Positions 1-14,167 of a DNA stretch of 64,000 nucleotides are shown one piece after another. Every line of letters begins with the position of its first letter. Position 1 is the first letter of the stretch. The translations under genes and the position numbers were made by a program. This DNA is from Eledone cirrhosa. Taxonomy: Eukaryota. Location of the stretch: contig OZ024755.1 of NCBI GenBank assembly GCA_964016885.1, forward strand, positions 30,194,001-30,258,000. The letters run 5' to 3'. Below the pieces are notes generated by a model. The model had not been told where the DNA came from, ran no database searches, and saw only the letters and a program-made list of their open reading frames with translations.

Positions 1-508
1 TGATTTCTAATGAATGAAACAGTTCTAGTCCTGTAGAATCTCATCTATATTAAAACTATATATATATATATATATATATATAATTCAATATAATAAATTA
101 TATGGATGTTTGATAGTTATCGCAATCCGTTTGTATATTTACTTAATTTATTCTTTTAATTGAGTCTGCCAAACCGTATTGTCTATAGTTAGTATAACGT
201 TCACCCTAGCGAATTAGGTCCCTTATAATTTTAAACCCAGATAAGTATATATATGTGTTTATCACTCTTTATTATATAAACGGCCCGGAAAATATTTTCC
301 TTGAGCTATTTTAATTGTAAGGGACTACTCTGAGTTTCAAACTCAATATATACTTTATATATATATATATATATATAAATTAATAAAGTAATGAATAAAC
401 AAAGAAACAGTTCCTTATATTTAAAAAATTCATCATTTTACGATCGTTTCTAGGATATATATGTGTTAGTGTTGGTATGCATATTCTATAGATCTATGTA
501 ATTTATCT

Positions 509-562
<54 letters not shown>

Positions 563-564
<2 letters not shown>

Positions 565-724
565 CGTTTCTGAATTTGTTTAGCAAGATTCTTTATCTGA
601 AATCGGGCAACCAGAAATTTATAGATTTGTAAATTTGTAAATTTATAAATATATAATAAATTGAAGTGAAAGCAACTGGTGCGTGTGTTTGTTTCTTATT
701 GGCAACATGACCCTCCCAAAGTAT

Positions 725-730
<6 letters not shown>
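563..730 (-). mobile_element. Internally deleted copy of fold-back element family A (Penelope pLTR-like)
   Basis: Reverse complement begins ATTGTTATACTTTGGGAGGGTCATG and ends with the tail GATTTCAGATAAAGAATCTTGCTAAACAAATTCAGAAACGA, as in the copies at 16753-17611 and 37387-37929; flanked by (TA)n. Confidence 0.7.
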
Positions 731-767
<37 letters not shown>

Positions 768-891
768 CCCACGAAATCGTCTTCCTCACTGATCAACGAA
801 AGTGTATACTCTGACTAGCAGAGTTCGAATTTTAATAATTTGAAATCAATTGTTCATAGAGTCTTTTCTATTCGACATCCTTCGTCTCTCC

Positions 892-1033
892 TAAATAAAT
901 AAATAAATGTGTGTATGTGTATATAAATAAATAAATATATATATATGTGTGTGTGTGTGTGCGTGTGTGTGTGGGTGTATAAATTATATATATATATATA
1001 TGGCTGAATGTGTATGTGTGTATAAATAAATAA

Positions 1034-1066
<33 letters not shown>

Positions 1067-1129
1067 CGTGTGTGTGTGGGTGTATAAAGTATATATATAT
1101 ATATATACATGGCTGTATGTGTGTATAAA

Positions 1130-1173
<44 letters not shown>

Positions 1174-1233
1174 GGTGTATAAAGTATATATATATATATA
1201 TATATATATATGGCTGTATGTGTGTATAAATAA

Positions 1234-1270
<37 letters not shown>

Positions 1271-1332
1271 CGCGTGTGTGTGTGGGTGTATAAATTATAT
1301 ATATATATGGCTGTATGTGTATGTGTGTATAA

Positions 1333-1385
<53 letters not shown>

Positions 1386-1639
1386 GGTGTATAAAGTATA
1401 TATATATATATATGGCTGTATGTGTGTATAAATAAATATATATATATATGTGTGTGTGTGGGGGGGGGGGTCTATAAAGTATATATATATATATATATAT
1501 GGCTGTATGTGTATGTGTGTATAAATAAATAAATATATATATATATATATGTGTGTGTGTGCGTGTGTGTGTGGGTGTATAAATTATATATATATATATA
1601 TATATATGGCTGTATGTGTATGTGTGTATAAATAAATAA

Positions 1640-1674
<35 letters not shown>

Positions 1675-1740
1675 GGTGTATAAATTATATATATATATAT
1701 ATATATATGGCTGTATGTGTATGTGTGTATAAATAAATAA

Positions 1741-1777
<37 letters not shown>

Positions 1778-1843
1778 GGTGTATAAAGTATATATATATA
1801 TATATATATATGGCTGTATGTGTATGTGTGTATAAATAAATAA

Positions 1844-1874
<31 letters not shown>

Positions 1875-1898
1875 CGCGTGTGTGTGTGGGTGTATAAA

Positions 1899-1957
<59 letters not shown>

Positions 1958-3135
1958 TGTATGTGTGTGTGTGTATAAATAAATATATATATATATATAT
2001 ATGTATCTGATGGGATGACAGAGTTCTTTGAGATACTGGCTGGAGTGCTCCAGGGAGATACATTGGCTCCCTACCTTTTTATCATCGTAGTGGACTATTG
2101 TATGCGCCTGGCACTGGAGAAACACCAGGACTCTGGCTTTACTGTAGCACCGGCTCAGAGCAGGAGAGTTGGGGCGAATAAGATATCGGATGCTGAATTT
2201 GACGACGACATAGTTTTGGTGACAAATACAGTGAAGGAGGCAGAGGATTTGATGCGGGAGGTTGAGACTGTGTCGATGAGTGTGGGGCTGAGAATGAATG
2301 AGACTAAGACAAAATATCTGGTAGAGAATGTTGAGAAGCCAGAGGGGATCACTAATGTAGGCGGGAAGCCGCTGGAATTGGTTGAGGACTTCCAGTATTT
2401 GGGAGCAAAGATTGGGAATACGGAGGATGATGTGGTTGAGAGGAAGAGCAAGGTCTGGGCGGCGTGCCACAGCTTGAGATCGGTGTGGAAGTCGGACCTT
2501 CGTAGAGACCTGAAAATCCGCCTCTTCATTGCTGTAGTGGAGTCTGTACTGCTGTATGGGTCTGAGACTTGGACACTGACCAAGAAACTCACTCAGATGG
2601 TGGATGGGTGCTACACGAGAATGCTGAGGATGGCTCTGAACATTAATCAGTATACACTGAGGATGAAAAACTCAGAGCTGTATGGGAGCATCCCAAAAGT
2701 CAGCTCAAAAGTGACACAGAGGAGACTGAGGTTAGCTGGACATGCTCACCGACATCCAGAGTTGACATTGCACTCAGTACTCCTTTGGGAGCCCCTACAT
2801 GGACACACTAGAAGAGGAAGACCAAGGTTAACGTATGTTGATGCCCTAAGGACAGACACTGGTCTGTTGGAGATGCAGGACATGGCAGCGATAATGAGGG
2901 ACAGAGACCGCTGGAGAGAACTCGTCCATGGATCTCGGGAATTTTACCCGCCTTAGATAGACAGATAGATGTGTGTGTGTGGGGGGGGGGGGTTTATAAA
3001 TTATATATATATATATATATGGCTGTATGTGTGTGTATAAATAAATAAATATATATATATGTGTGTGTGTGTGTGGGTGTATAAAGTATATATATATATA
3101 TATGGCTCTATGTGAGTGTGTGTATAAATAAATAA

Positions 3136-3170
<35 letters not shown>

Positions 3171-3280
3171 CGTGTGTGTGTGGGTGTATAAAGTATATAT
3201 ATATATATGGCTGTATGTGAGTGTGTGCATAAATAAATAAATATATATATATATATATGTGTGCGTGTGTGTGTGGGTGT

Positions 3281-3311
<31 letters not shown>

Positions 3312-3426
3312 CTATGGTTGTATGTGTGTGTGTATAAATAAATATATATATATATATGTGTGTGTGTGTGGGTGTATAAAGTATATATATATATATATGG
3401 CTGTATGTGTGTGTGTGTATAAATAA

Positions 3427-3480
<54 letters not shown>

Positions 3481-3680
3481 ATAAAGTATATATATATATA
3501 TATGGCTGTATGTGTGTGTGTGTATACATAAATATATATATGTATATGTGTGTGTGTGTGTGTGTGTGCGTGTGTGTGTGGGTGTACAAATTATATATAT
3601 ATATATATATATGGCTGTATGTGTATGTGTATAAATAAATATTTATATATATGGCTGTATGTGTGTGTGTGTATAAATAA

Positions 3681-3713
<33 letters not shown>

Positions 3714-3718
3714 GGTGT

Positions 3719-3765
<47 letters not shown>

Positions 3766-3781
3766 GTGTATGTGTGTATAA

Positions 3782-3859
<78 letters not shown>

Positions 3860-3871
3860 GTGTGTGGGTGT

Positions 3872-3909
<38 letters not shown>

Positions 3910-4133
3910 TGTATGTGTGTATAAATAAATATATATATATGTATATGTGTGTGTGTTGTGTGTGTGGGGGTGTATAAAGTATATATATATGGCTGTATGT
4001 GTGTATAAATAAATATATATATATATGGCTGTATGTGTGTGTATAAATAAATATATATATATATATGTGTGTGTGTGTGGGTGTATAAATTATATATATA
4101 TATATATATGGCTGTATGTGTGTGTGTGTATAA

Positions 4134-4203
<70 letters not shown>

Positions 4204-4361
4204 CGTGTGTGTGTGGGGGTGTATAAATTATATATATATATATATATATATGGCTGTATGTGTGTATAAATAAATATATATATATATGTATATGTGTGTG
4301 TGTTGTGTGTGTGTGGGTGTATAAAGTATATATATATGGCTGTATGTGTGTGTGTGTATAA

Positions 4362-4408
<47 letters not shown>
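892..4408. repeat. Compound satellite of variable-length microsatellites joined by fixed linkers, interrupted by an RTE insertion
   Basis: Repeating unit ATAAATAAA(TA)n(TG)nGGTGTATAAA[G/T](TA)nTGGCTGTATG, roughly 80-130 bp per unit. Confidence 0.9.
2005..2970 (+). mobile_element. 5'-truncated RTE-clade non-LTR retrotransposon; open RT C-terminal ORF 2015-2956
   Basis: [21 protein letters not shown] (YADD position), [37 protein letters not shown]; the stop codon runs into a (TAGA)n tail. Confidence 0.92.
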
Positions 4409-4752
4409 AAGTATTTACGAAGAAAAAGCAAAGGAAAAAAGAGTACTCTATGTGTAGAACAGAGCTATTTAATTAAAAAGTGAACAACACAATATATAAC
4501 TACCCCATTACCAAATGTTTCGGGATCCTAGACAGTACTAACATACGTCAAGTTCGTTCATCAGACAGAGGGGTTAACCGTTTCTAATTCTCGTATATAT
4601 ATATCCTGGAGAGAAGATGAGCTTCGCCAGATTTTAAGATGTGCCCTCGAAACGCTGCATCTCAATACAGCGCCCCTACAAATCCTTCAGAAGTTACGGG
4701 TCCACGCCATGCACCCTCCACACACGCACACATATATATATATAATAATATA

Positions 4753-4882
4753 ATTGTTTCTACTTTTGGCACAAGGCCAGCAATCACCGAGTGTATTACT
4801 GGTACTTTATTTTATCGACCCTGTAAGAATGAAAGGCAAAGTTAACCTCGACGGGATTTGAACTCAGACCATAAAGGGCCGT
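4753..4882 (-). mobile_element. tRNA-derived SINE (family 1), partial
   Basis: Matches the 3' two-thirds of the full copies (e.g. 43988-44175), including the B-box complement GGATTTGAACTC. Confidence 0.85.
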
Positions 4883-4903
4883 AATAATAATAATAATAAT
4901 AAG

Positions 4904-4932
<29 letters not shown>

Positions 4933-4934
<2 letters not shown>

Positions 4935-6370
4935 TCTTTATTAACCACAAGGGTTGACACAAAGTATAACAATAAGGACAACACAGGGCAATACAAATGG
5001 ACATTTCTGCGCGTAAAAAAAAACAAAAACAGTGTGACAAAAGGAAACAATGACAAATTCCCAATAGGGAGGAGACCTCCGTGGGCTGCTCGTAGAGAAA
5101 GCCCACAAGAAAAGCCACGGTTACCCTGACCGCTAGGGCAAATGCCCTCTTCCAGTTTTCCTCCTACAATGCTACAGGCACACGCTCAGGGTAGACCTAT
5201 TCACACGGGCCATTCTTGCCTCTCTCACCCACCTTTCAACAAACTGGCTGGAGGTCAGCACTTCCCTCTCCACCCTGATTTTCCTCTTCAAGTGAAACCT
5301 GAAATAGTTAATGAGGGTCACCGAAGAGGAAAGAACCGGTCCTCAACCCTTTCAGACGTGTCCACCATACAATCTCTTTTACCATGGCCACCAGGCAGAT
5401 AAAACCTGCCTGCCCTTCTCGGCTAAAGGAATGCGGCGGGGCAATCTTCACGATAGACTCAGATGATAGCCGGATCCGTTCTACACGTGACAGCAGGTAT
5501 AAACCCACAAACAAACACACAAATCAGCAATGCTCGGACACTGGACGAGTGCGTGCAGGACGGTTTCATCGCCCTGTGCGCATCTCGGGCAGGCTCGGCT
5601 GACGGCACTTCCATGCCTGTAGAGTCGATCCCGAACTGGCAAGGCTTTTCGGTAGCATTGCCAGGCCAGGGATTTCTGGAAGTTGTCCATGGGCTCCGGC
5701 CCGAAAGTTCTCCCGAAGAGATTGGCTAGTTGGTTTTAGTCGACGCCTAGGACGTCGTTGCTCTTTCCTTCCACTAATCCTCTATAGAAAGCCAAGGTGG
5801 AGTTTCCAGTGATTGTATTACTCGACTGGTCGAGGGCTGTAAGCGCCTGAAGACATTCTAGTCTCCAAGCGTTTCCTCTCGGTCTTCGCTTGACCCAGGA
5901 CTGCAGCTCTGCCAAGGAGACAGGCTGGGGAAACATGTGTCTAGCAAAGGGCGATCACACCTGACAACGTCGAGGAAGAGGTGGAGATGCCGTAGCCTGA
6001 GCGCATGTCTGCGCATCATCAGCCACGATATGCCCAGCCCTCCGCGTAGCGGATGTTGACAGCAGATGGACCACCCGACCACGTCCCTTCCACAAAAATC
6101 GAAAGAGCAAACGCCCCAGTGCAGTCAGGTGAGGCTTAGGACAAGGCACGACGTTCAGGCGGCAGTAGATGACGGATGCGATGTACACATCCGTCACCTC
6201 CGCTCGACCTTTCAGGGATAGCTCGACCTTTCTGGGTGAGAGAAACCCACTTGCTCGTGACCTCCTCCCAATTGCTCGTGACCCCTAGCAATTTAACCAG
6301 TCCGTCCGTCCAGCGCCCGACGACGCTTTTGGGCGGCATGGACCTGCCTCTCCAGGTGCTGAGTGGCAGG
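4933..6370 (-). mobile_element. L1/Tx1-clade LINE, 3' fragment, frameshifted
   Basis: Minus-strand peptides LLFRFLWKG and AWQCYRKALPVRDRL...CPRC...ETVLHALVQCP (zf-RVT with CCHC); AATAAA followed by a (TAT)n tail near 4940; GC-rich block. Confidence 0.85.
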
Positions 6371-6466
6371 CCTACTACTACTACTACTACTACTACTACT
6401 AGTACTACTACTACTACTACTAGTACTACTAGTACTACTACTACTACTACTAATAATAATAATAAT

Positions 6467-6588
6467 AATTGTTTCTACTTTTGGCACAAGGCCAGCAATT
6501 ACCCAGGGCATTACTGGTACTTTATTTTATCGATCCCGTAAGGATGAAAGGCAAAGTCAACCTCGACAGGATTTGAGCCTCGGCGGGA
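6467..6588 (-). mobile_element. SINE family 1, partial
   Basis: AATTGTTTCTACTTTTGGCACAAGGCC...GGATGAAAGGCAAAGTCAACCTCG. Confidence 0.85.
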
Positions 6589-6623
6589 TTAATAATACAA
6601 GGACGAATGGTTACTCCTTCATT

Positions 6624-6709
6624 GGTGACGCGCGTTTCGCTACTGATCCGCTCAAGGTTTGATCTGTAACGATCTGGCCCGGCTCTGGAATCAAAAGCAC
6701 GTCGGATCC
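6624..6709 (-). ncRNA. Degenerate type I hammerhead ribozyme motif
   Basis: Minus strand: CCGACGU (variant of CUGANGA), stem II GCU..UGAUUC/GGAUCA..AGC, GAAA-C-GCGC-G-UC; stem I is weak. Confidence 0.5.
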
Positions 6710-6789
6710 CTGGATATATATATATATAGAGTCAGTAGGGGAGTATGAAATTAATGGAAATTTTTCGACTTGTACAGTTTATGGCAAAA

Positions 6790-6997
6790 TCTGCTGGTGT
6801 AGTGTAGGACAGAATAATAGAGAGACACAAAATAAAAACCTAGTCACTGAGGAGGTCACAGAATGTGTGACGAAAGATTATCCGATTATCGAACCAACCA
6901 GCCAGCAAACCGGAAATTTATAATAAATTGAAGGGAAAACAAACAAGTGCGTGTGTTTTTATTGGCAGCACGACCCTCTTAAATTATAACAATATCA
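6790..6997 (+). mobile_element. Diverged family A element with partial hammerhead
   Basis: AGTCA-CTGAGGA-GGTCACA...TGTGAC-GAAA at 6842-6875; downstream sequence resembles 17400-17555. Confidence 0.65.
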
Positions 6998-7450
6998 GAT
7001 ATGGAAGCTTAGTAAAATCGAAGCTTTGGCTGTGGCCAAGCAAAGCCGACCTACAATAAGGAATGAGTAGCAAATCTGAATTTTCCTAGTATATTACAAA
7101 CGCCGTGTATAATTTTAAACAGTTTTTCTGATGATTTGGTTAAGCATGCATTGTATTTAAAATTGAGTGACGCAAATTGAAGTGATTAGCAATTTTTAGA
7201 CAACTTAATCAATAAAACAATTGTTAATACTGTAAATAAAACCCTTTTTGTACTGTTGACCATGTTATTATTCGCTCTTTCACTATTATTACCCCAAGAT
7301 TAACTTGCATAGGAATTCCTGAGAACTCAAAAACTCGCCACCTAAAGATACCTCTTGTTGAGTCAAACAACGCCGTACGCTAAAACTATCCACATTACGG
7401 AGTATTTACAACCTCTAACTGGATTACCTATAACGATAATTTGTTATCCC

Positions 7451-7483
<33 letters not shown>

Positions 7484-7679
7484 TATATAAGCAAGATGTA
7501 TGGTAGGTCGTATGTGAATCGCGATGATCACGCCTGACCTACCAAATATGCGACGGTAGCTAGTTAAGCTCTATGCGTATAAGCAGAGCAGAAATATTAA
7601 TCCCACCATATGGTCGGACGAAACGGCTGTCGGCAATAAACTTGTTGTAATGTCATAATAGTTCCTTTGTTCTTTTTCA

Positions 7680-7779
<100 letters not shown>

Positions 7780-7823
7780 AATAACAGGAGGCTGGACTGG
7801 TGTAATTCCTTAAAAGGTTTATT

Positions 7824-7881
7824 ATACTATGATCATTTCAATGACCGGGTTCAGTATGAATCCGGTGACATCATCAGGTAT
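7824..7881 (-). ncRNA. Minimal type I hammerhead ribozyme
   Basis: Minus strand: AUAC-CUGAUGA-stem II (ACCGG/CCGGU, UUCA/UGAA)-GAAA-U-GAUC-A-UA^GUAU; stem I AUAC/GUAU; palindromic GAUC loop III. Confidence 0.75.
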
Positions 7882-8384
7882 TCGAAATATAACAAAGGAA
7901 TATAATAGACAAAGCCCATGAGGCTGAAAATCAGAGACACGAGGGCGACCGAATATTTAGCAGCTTCTACCCCGGTCGGCCGCCCTCATATATTCATATA
8001 TACATTACATATACGCACATCATACATATGGTTGCATATCTCCTTGCCACAGCGACACGCACTATTTCCACAAAACCACGGCACTCCCTACTCTTATTTC
8101 TCTTTACCCTCTGTATGAAACTAGGTTGCTGAATTTCCCCTCACATAATACTTCCGATATTCTGTTAATGTATCACCTGTGGCCTACATAAGACAAACAA
8201 ACAAAACAAGACGTAATAAATATCTCACCAGCCAAGACACGAAATAACTATTTCTATGATTGGTAATAGCCTACTCACCTAGCAGGCCATTTGTTATATT
8301 TCCATTTATCTTTCTAACTAGTTTACTATGTACCTCTTTCTTTTTATACTAGTACACACATATGTATGTATGCATGTAGTTTCT

Positions 8385-8760
8385 GTCTCTCCCCTATTTG
8401 ACCGGCCACCTTCTCGGTGACATGTTTGTAAAAAAAATAAATTATTGTCGTCATTTGTATAAACATTCTTCCCTTGAATTGTAAGAATGTTTTACAAATT
8501 TTGAACGGCCATTTGTAGCTTATCGCGGCCATTTGTAGCTTATCAATAAAGGAGTGGCGTTGTTTCTCCACAAATCCAAGTTCAGTTATATTTTGGTACA
8601 GGCGAGTTATTATATAAACTGTGGATGCAATAACGACGGATATGAAACTGAACTTGTATTTTGGATACTAGATCTGATAACTCCCCATCAATGGTCCGTA
8701 GTTATCAATCTTCTCTTGCATTTTTCTTATCACATTGACATCGCGTGGGCAACTGACTTC
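8385..8760 (-). mobile_element. Decayed 3' end of an R4/Dong-like LINE, related to 9160-10770
   Basis: Peptide LQMAAI...FKICKTFLQFKG and the 3' UTR motif AAGGTGGCCGGTC are shared with the neighbouring element. Confidence 0.7.
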
Positions 8761-9159
8761 TAAAAAAGAGTATGAGTTTTAAAAATGTATGTATGTACGG
8801 TTTCAGGAATCACAGTCGCAGCCATGTTCAGAGGGAACCAGTGAAATATGATCTCCACAGTATGGTGAAGGTTCACAGGCAACCTGATGTAATAACCCTA
8901 GGCCAGGGAAATTCATAGTTGTCGTCAATGTGCGAAGGAGTGCAATTCTCTCGCAGGCTTGAAAAGCCATATCCAAGCGTCACACATCTGAATCTGACAA
9001 GCGATTTCAATACACTTAGCAGAGTTTGCAGCCATCATGCATGCATGCTTGAATGTATGTATGTGTGTATGTGTGTATGTGTGTATGTATGTATTTATGT
9101 ATGTATGTATGTATGTATGTATATATGTATGTATATATGTATGTAAGTATGTATGTATG

Positions 9160-10770
9160 TTATCTCTTTCTCTTAATTTCGAGTATATTTTTTTGACCGG
9201 CCACCTTTCTGGTGGCAAGGTTGTAAAAGAAAAGAAATTGTCATCCCTTGAATCGCAAGAATGTTTTGCAAATTTTGAAGGTGCCAGCTATCGCAGCCAT
9301 TTGTAGACTATGGATTAGGGAGCTGCGCTCTTTGTCCGCAAATCCAAGATCAGTCATACTTTGGTCCAAGCGGGTTGGTATATAACCCGTAGCTCCAATA
9401 ATGATGGGTATGAAACTAAAGGTGTATCTTGGATACTGGATTTGTAAACTCCTCATCAATGGTCCGTAGATGTCCTCCTCCTGTATTTTTCTGACAACAT
9501 TTACACCAGGTGGGCAGCTGGTCTCTACAACAGAACACGTTTTCAATGTGTGGTCCCAAACTACAATATCAGGCTGGTTGTGCTTTAATTTGGTGGCAGT
9601 TTTTATTTTCAGGTTCCACCAGTATTCCTTAGTGCCATCTGTCTCAATATATTCTTCCTCGTTTGTTGTTAATTTTGTTGTCCGAAGTGCGTTCCAGATG
9701 GTTCTAGCTATCCCATCGTGTCTCATGGGGAGGTAGTAGCGAGATGACATTCTTTCGCAGCTGGCAACAATGTGGCTTACATCCTCGATCTTTGTTTTAC
9801 ATAGCCTACATTTATTGTCAGCTGCTGGCCCTCCTCTTTTGTGCAGCAGATATTTGGTAGGGAGTTCTTGTTCCTGTATTACATAGAGATATGCCTCAAG
9901 GTGTGATGTCATAAACTTGTCGGAACTCTATGCCAGGCTTTTTGAGTGGTTTATCCCCTCTATGGTCTGTGTTTTACGACTCAAGTATCCATGTACAACT
10001 TTTTCTGTAAATTTGTCAATTTTTTCATCTTGTTTGAACATTGAATAGGATCTTCCGATTTCTCTGGGTGAGAGATTTATATCAGGCTTTATTCCATATC
10101 TCTCCTCCAGATCAGTCGCTATTCTAATGATTTTTTTTTTCATGGTCATAAACCTGGGAAAGATAGTTGCCAACCTTTTTCCTCTGTTGAAGGTGTTGCT
10201 TCAGTGTTACTATCCGGGTCTCATATGTTGTTAATATGGATTTTAGACCCCAGCCACCTTCCTTGTGTGAGGAGTATAGCCTATCCACATCACCATTGAT
10301 GTTAAAGTTCCCAGTAACACTGAGAAGTTTGCGAGTTCTAACATCCATCTCACTTAGTTCTTGCAATGACCAGTTCAGCAGGCCTAATGTTGGCGTTAGA
10401 ATTGGCACAGCATAAGTATTGTGGGCAATGTATTTGTTGAACGCTGACAGTTCTGTTGACCATATTTTCTTTACTCTTCTGAGGTATTCAGTTCTGGTTC
10501 TCTCCTTATTTATGGTTCCATCATATCTGACATTCTCATCCTATCCAAGATATCTCTAGAGGTTGTATTGTCAGGCCGTTCATCTCTAGATTTCTATAGA
10601 AGGGCACAGCTCTTCCACGTTCTACTGCCAGATATGCACACTTGGACTCACCAAATTTCATTTTGATGTCTGTTGAAAATTGTGTAATGAGGTCCAATTG
10701 TTTCTTGATGTCATTGATATTTGGCCCATACAACTTCAGGTCATCAACAAAGAAAAGATGGGAGATACTT
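9160..10770 (-). mobile_element. R4/Dong-like non-LTR retrotransposon (RT + CCHC + restriction-like endonuclease), 5'-truncated and frameshifted
   Basis: SHLFFVDDLKLYG near 10730-10765, KFGESKC, LYSSHKEGGWGL, CRLC...SHIVASC, RHDGIA, PDIVVWD...VETSCP, IPIIIGATG. Confidence 0.9.
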
Positions 10771-10810
10771 CTGGACCCACTTCTTTGTCCACCTTGTTTC
10801 CTGAGTAGGT

Positions 10811-11150
10811 AAGCTGGTTTAAGAAAATTACTAGATTCAGGTGTAAAAACTACCAGTATGAGAGCGAGGTCATCTTAAAGCTGGTTTAAGAAACTACTTG
10901 ATTCAGATGTAAAAACTACCAGTATGAGAGCGAGGTCATCTTAAAGCTGGTTTAAGAAACTACTTGATTCAGATGTAAAAACTACCAGTATGAGAGCGAG
11001 GTCATCTTAAAGCTGGTTTAAGAAACTACTTGATTCAGATGTAAAAACTACCAGTATGAGAGCGAGGTCATCTTAAAGCTGGTTTAAGAAAATTACTAGA
11101 TTCAGGTGTAAAAACTACCAGTATGAGAGCGAGAATATCTTGAAGCTGGC
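10811..11150. repeat. Minisatellite, 66-67 bp unit, about 5 copies
   Basis: AAGCTGGTTTAAGAAACTACTTGATTCAGATGTAAAAACTACCAGTATGAGAGCGAGGTCATCTTA repeated. Confidence 0.92.
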
Positions 11151-11320
11151 TTTTAAAAAAGCTACCAAGATTGAGGTGCAAAGTTTTGTCAAGGGCGTAC
11201 CGAACAAGCATTTTCCAGTACATATTCAACAACAGAAAATATATCTGCTTTATAGTTAAACTTGATTTTCAACTCTTTTTTTATTTTTGCTTTTTTTACT
11301 TCCATTTGCTCCTCACATTC

Positions 11321-11397
<77 letters not shown>

Positions 11398-11439
11398 TCT
11401 CTCTCTCCCTCTCTCTCTCTCTCTCTATCTATCTATCTA

Positions 11440-11534
<95 letters not shown>

Positions 11535-11647
11535 TTTCTCTCGCTTTCCTGATTTTTCTTTCGGAATTGTAAGACACTTCTAGTTAGTCATGCTTTGGTA
11601 GTTTATCTGGCTGTTTAAATTGATTAAATGAATAAACTATAAATACA

Positions 11648-11681
<34 letters not shown>

Positions 11682-11686
11682 GTTTA

Positions 11687-11777
<91 letters not shown>

Positions 11778-12242
11778 GTGTATGTGTGCGTGTGTGATTT
11801 CTATACTTATATACACTCCGACAACCACACCTATATATATGTATATCACAATATGAATAATATAAATATATATATATTTAAAAAAAAACACCTTCAAGAT
11901 ATTCGAAATATATATATGTGGGATGGGCCCGTAGGCCCTGATAGAGTTGTAGGGGTGCCCTACTGGCATACGGCGTCTCTGGAGGATTTTACGTCTGGTG
12001 GAGCCCACATAGTCTCCAAGACTAAGTACTACAGATTTCGTCCAGAGAAGGATACAAGGTGAGAGAGAGGAAGTGAGAAAGAGATATAGAGGAAGAATTG
12101 ACCCCAGTACTAGACTGGTACTTTTTTTTTATCGATTTTGAAAGAATGAAAGGCAAAGTTGATCTCGACAGGATTTGAACACTAAGAGCAGAGAGCTCTT
12201 AGAGGTTCAAATGAATCTGCCAAATCGTCGTCTTAATATAAA

Positions 12243-12664
12243 CTAGCAGATTTACCCAGCGTTGCCCGGGGTTTGAAATGCAACAAAGAAAATCAAGAAA
12301 CAAATGATAATATTAGTGATTTATCTTCAAATGAATCTGATGTTTATATTTCTGTCAATAAAGTTGGTTATCTCCCTTTTTTTTATAAGGATTGTCAATA
12401 AAGTTGGTTATCTCCCTTTTTTATAAGGATTGTCAATAAAGTTGGTTATCTCCCTTACATCAATTTTGCTACCGATAATTTTGATATCGATTTTTTATTG
12501 TTCAACGTTGGTCGATTTGAATATTTTTTGTGATGTGACCATCTTAGCGACCTGTGCAACGTGCACATAAAATTTGGTCAAATTCGGTTGGTAATTGTAA
12601 AAGCCTTAGGTATCCAAAGTTGTACATAGACACACACACATCTTGCTTTTATATATATAGAAGA
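12243..12664 (-). mobile_element. Complete non-autonomous Helitron (422 bp)
   Basis: Minus strand starts TCTTCTATATATATAAAAG and ends with hairpin CCCGGGCAACGCTGGG then CTAG; inserted between A and T with no TSD; internal ~39-bp tandem repeats at 12351-12456. Confidence 0.85.
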
Positions 12665-12987
12665 TGTATGCGTACAAGGTTAACTTTGCCTTTCATCCTT
12701 ACGGGGTCGATAAAATAAAGTACCAGTAATGCACTGGTGAATTGCTGGCCTAGTAGCTAACGTAGAAACAATTATCTGACTTATTGCCATTTGTAATATA
12801 CTATAACCTGTAGTTAGCTTATTGATCCTGCCACAATGTTATTTCAAGATAGTATGAAATGGGATGTAACTACACTTTGCTCTACTGACACTACCACATT
12901 CATCGCTTGGTAACTTTTTAAAAAATAAGGTATATATATATATATATATATATCTAACACGTGGACCAGGTATAGTTCAATTATTTT

Positions 12988-13033
<46 letters not shown>

Positions 13034-13043
13034 ATATATATAA

Positions 13044-13266
13044 TGGTTTCTTATGTAGGCACAAGGCCAGCAATTTTTTTGTGGGGAGAGGGAAAAGTCG
13101 ATGAAATCGACCCCAGTGCGTGACTGGTACTTTATTTTATCGACCCCGTAAGGATGAAAGGCAAAGTTAACCTCGGCAGGATTTGAACTCAGACCATAAA
13201 GGGCCGTAACTTTATGCTGCAAAGCATGGCGTCCGACCCTCTACCGATACTGCCAATCCACCGCCC
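13044..13266 (-). mobile_element. SINE family 1, full-length; further partial copies at 12098-12185, 12677-12775, 13320-13463 and 15504-15635
   Basis: A-box TGGCAGTATCGG, B-box GAGTTCAAATCC, central GCCTTTCATCCTTACGGGGTCGATAAAATAAAGTACCAG (Deu/Nin-like by recall), (ATT)n tail. Confidence 0.9.
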
Positions 13267-13311
<45 letters not shown>

Positions 13312-13492
13312 TAATGATGATTTCTTATATAGGCACAAGGTCAGCAATTTGGGGGGAGGGAAAAGTCGATTAAATCGACCCCAGTGCGTGACTGGTACTT
13401 TATTTTATCGACCCCTTAACTCTATGCGGCAAAACATGGCGTCCGACCATCTACCGATACTGAAGTTGATGAGACTAGCATGGGTTTCACTG

Positions 13493-13532
<40 letters not shown>

Positions 13533-13998
13533 GATATTAACAAATGTAAACTATATTTATATAACCATATCTATTTTATTATACATATTTCAAGGATACC
13601 ATGTTAAATTATGGTATGCTTTCATCAGACATAATACAATATATACCAGTTTTATAAATAAATATTGACATACCCTTTCAAAATGCAACCGTTACTTTTG
13701 GAAGACATCAGGGATAGTTATAAAAATATTTGCTTGTTGTATCCCAACAATTTAAATAGAACATTTGCATATATATATATATTACATATTATTTAATTTA
13801 ACAATGATAACAAAGGCAAGTTATTTTACATATCTCATTCATTATTTTACGATCGATTTGGAGGGTTGATCATATCGATATATTGACTGATCTATAGCAG
13901 GTAGATAACTGCAAACTATCAAACATACTATATGGGTTCGATCATTTCTTCTAATTCTTCTTCTTTTTATTTATATATATATGTATATATATAAATAT

Positions 13999-14035
<37 letters not shown>

Positions 14036-14095
14036 GTAATAGAAAAAAAAACGAGGAAGTTTCGTTTACATATGGAAAATATTTATTGATTATAG

Positions 14096-14167
14096 ACCTA
14101 TTACGCGCATTTCGCAAGGAAGGAGTTATGGACCCGACTCCAGTATCGCTCTGCTCGTCAGACTGGT
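14096..14167 (-). ncRNA. Minimal type I hammerhead ribozyme
   Basis: Minus strand: ACCAGU-CUGACGA-GCAG...GGAGU/ACUCC...UUGC-GAAA-U-GCGC-G-UA^AUAGGU; AATAAA lies just downstream. Confidence 0.75.

Noticed and set aside
787-813. Hammerhead-like TCA-CTGATCA-AC-GAAA-GTGTATAC-TC-TGA
   Set aside because: The core G8 is mutated and stem II is absent; too little to call.
13044-13266. tRNA gene
   Set aside because: A and B boxes are present but no cloverleaf forms, and it is fused to a conserved body and tail in many copies, so it is a SINE head.
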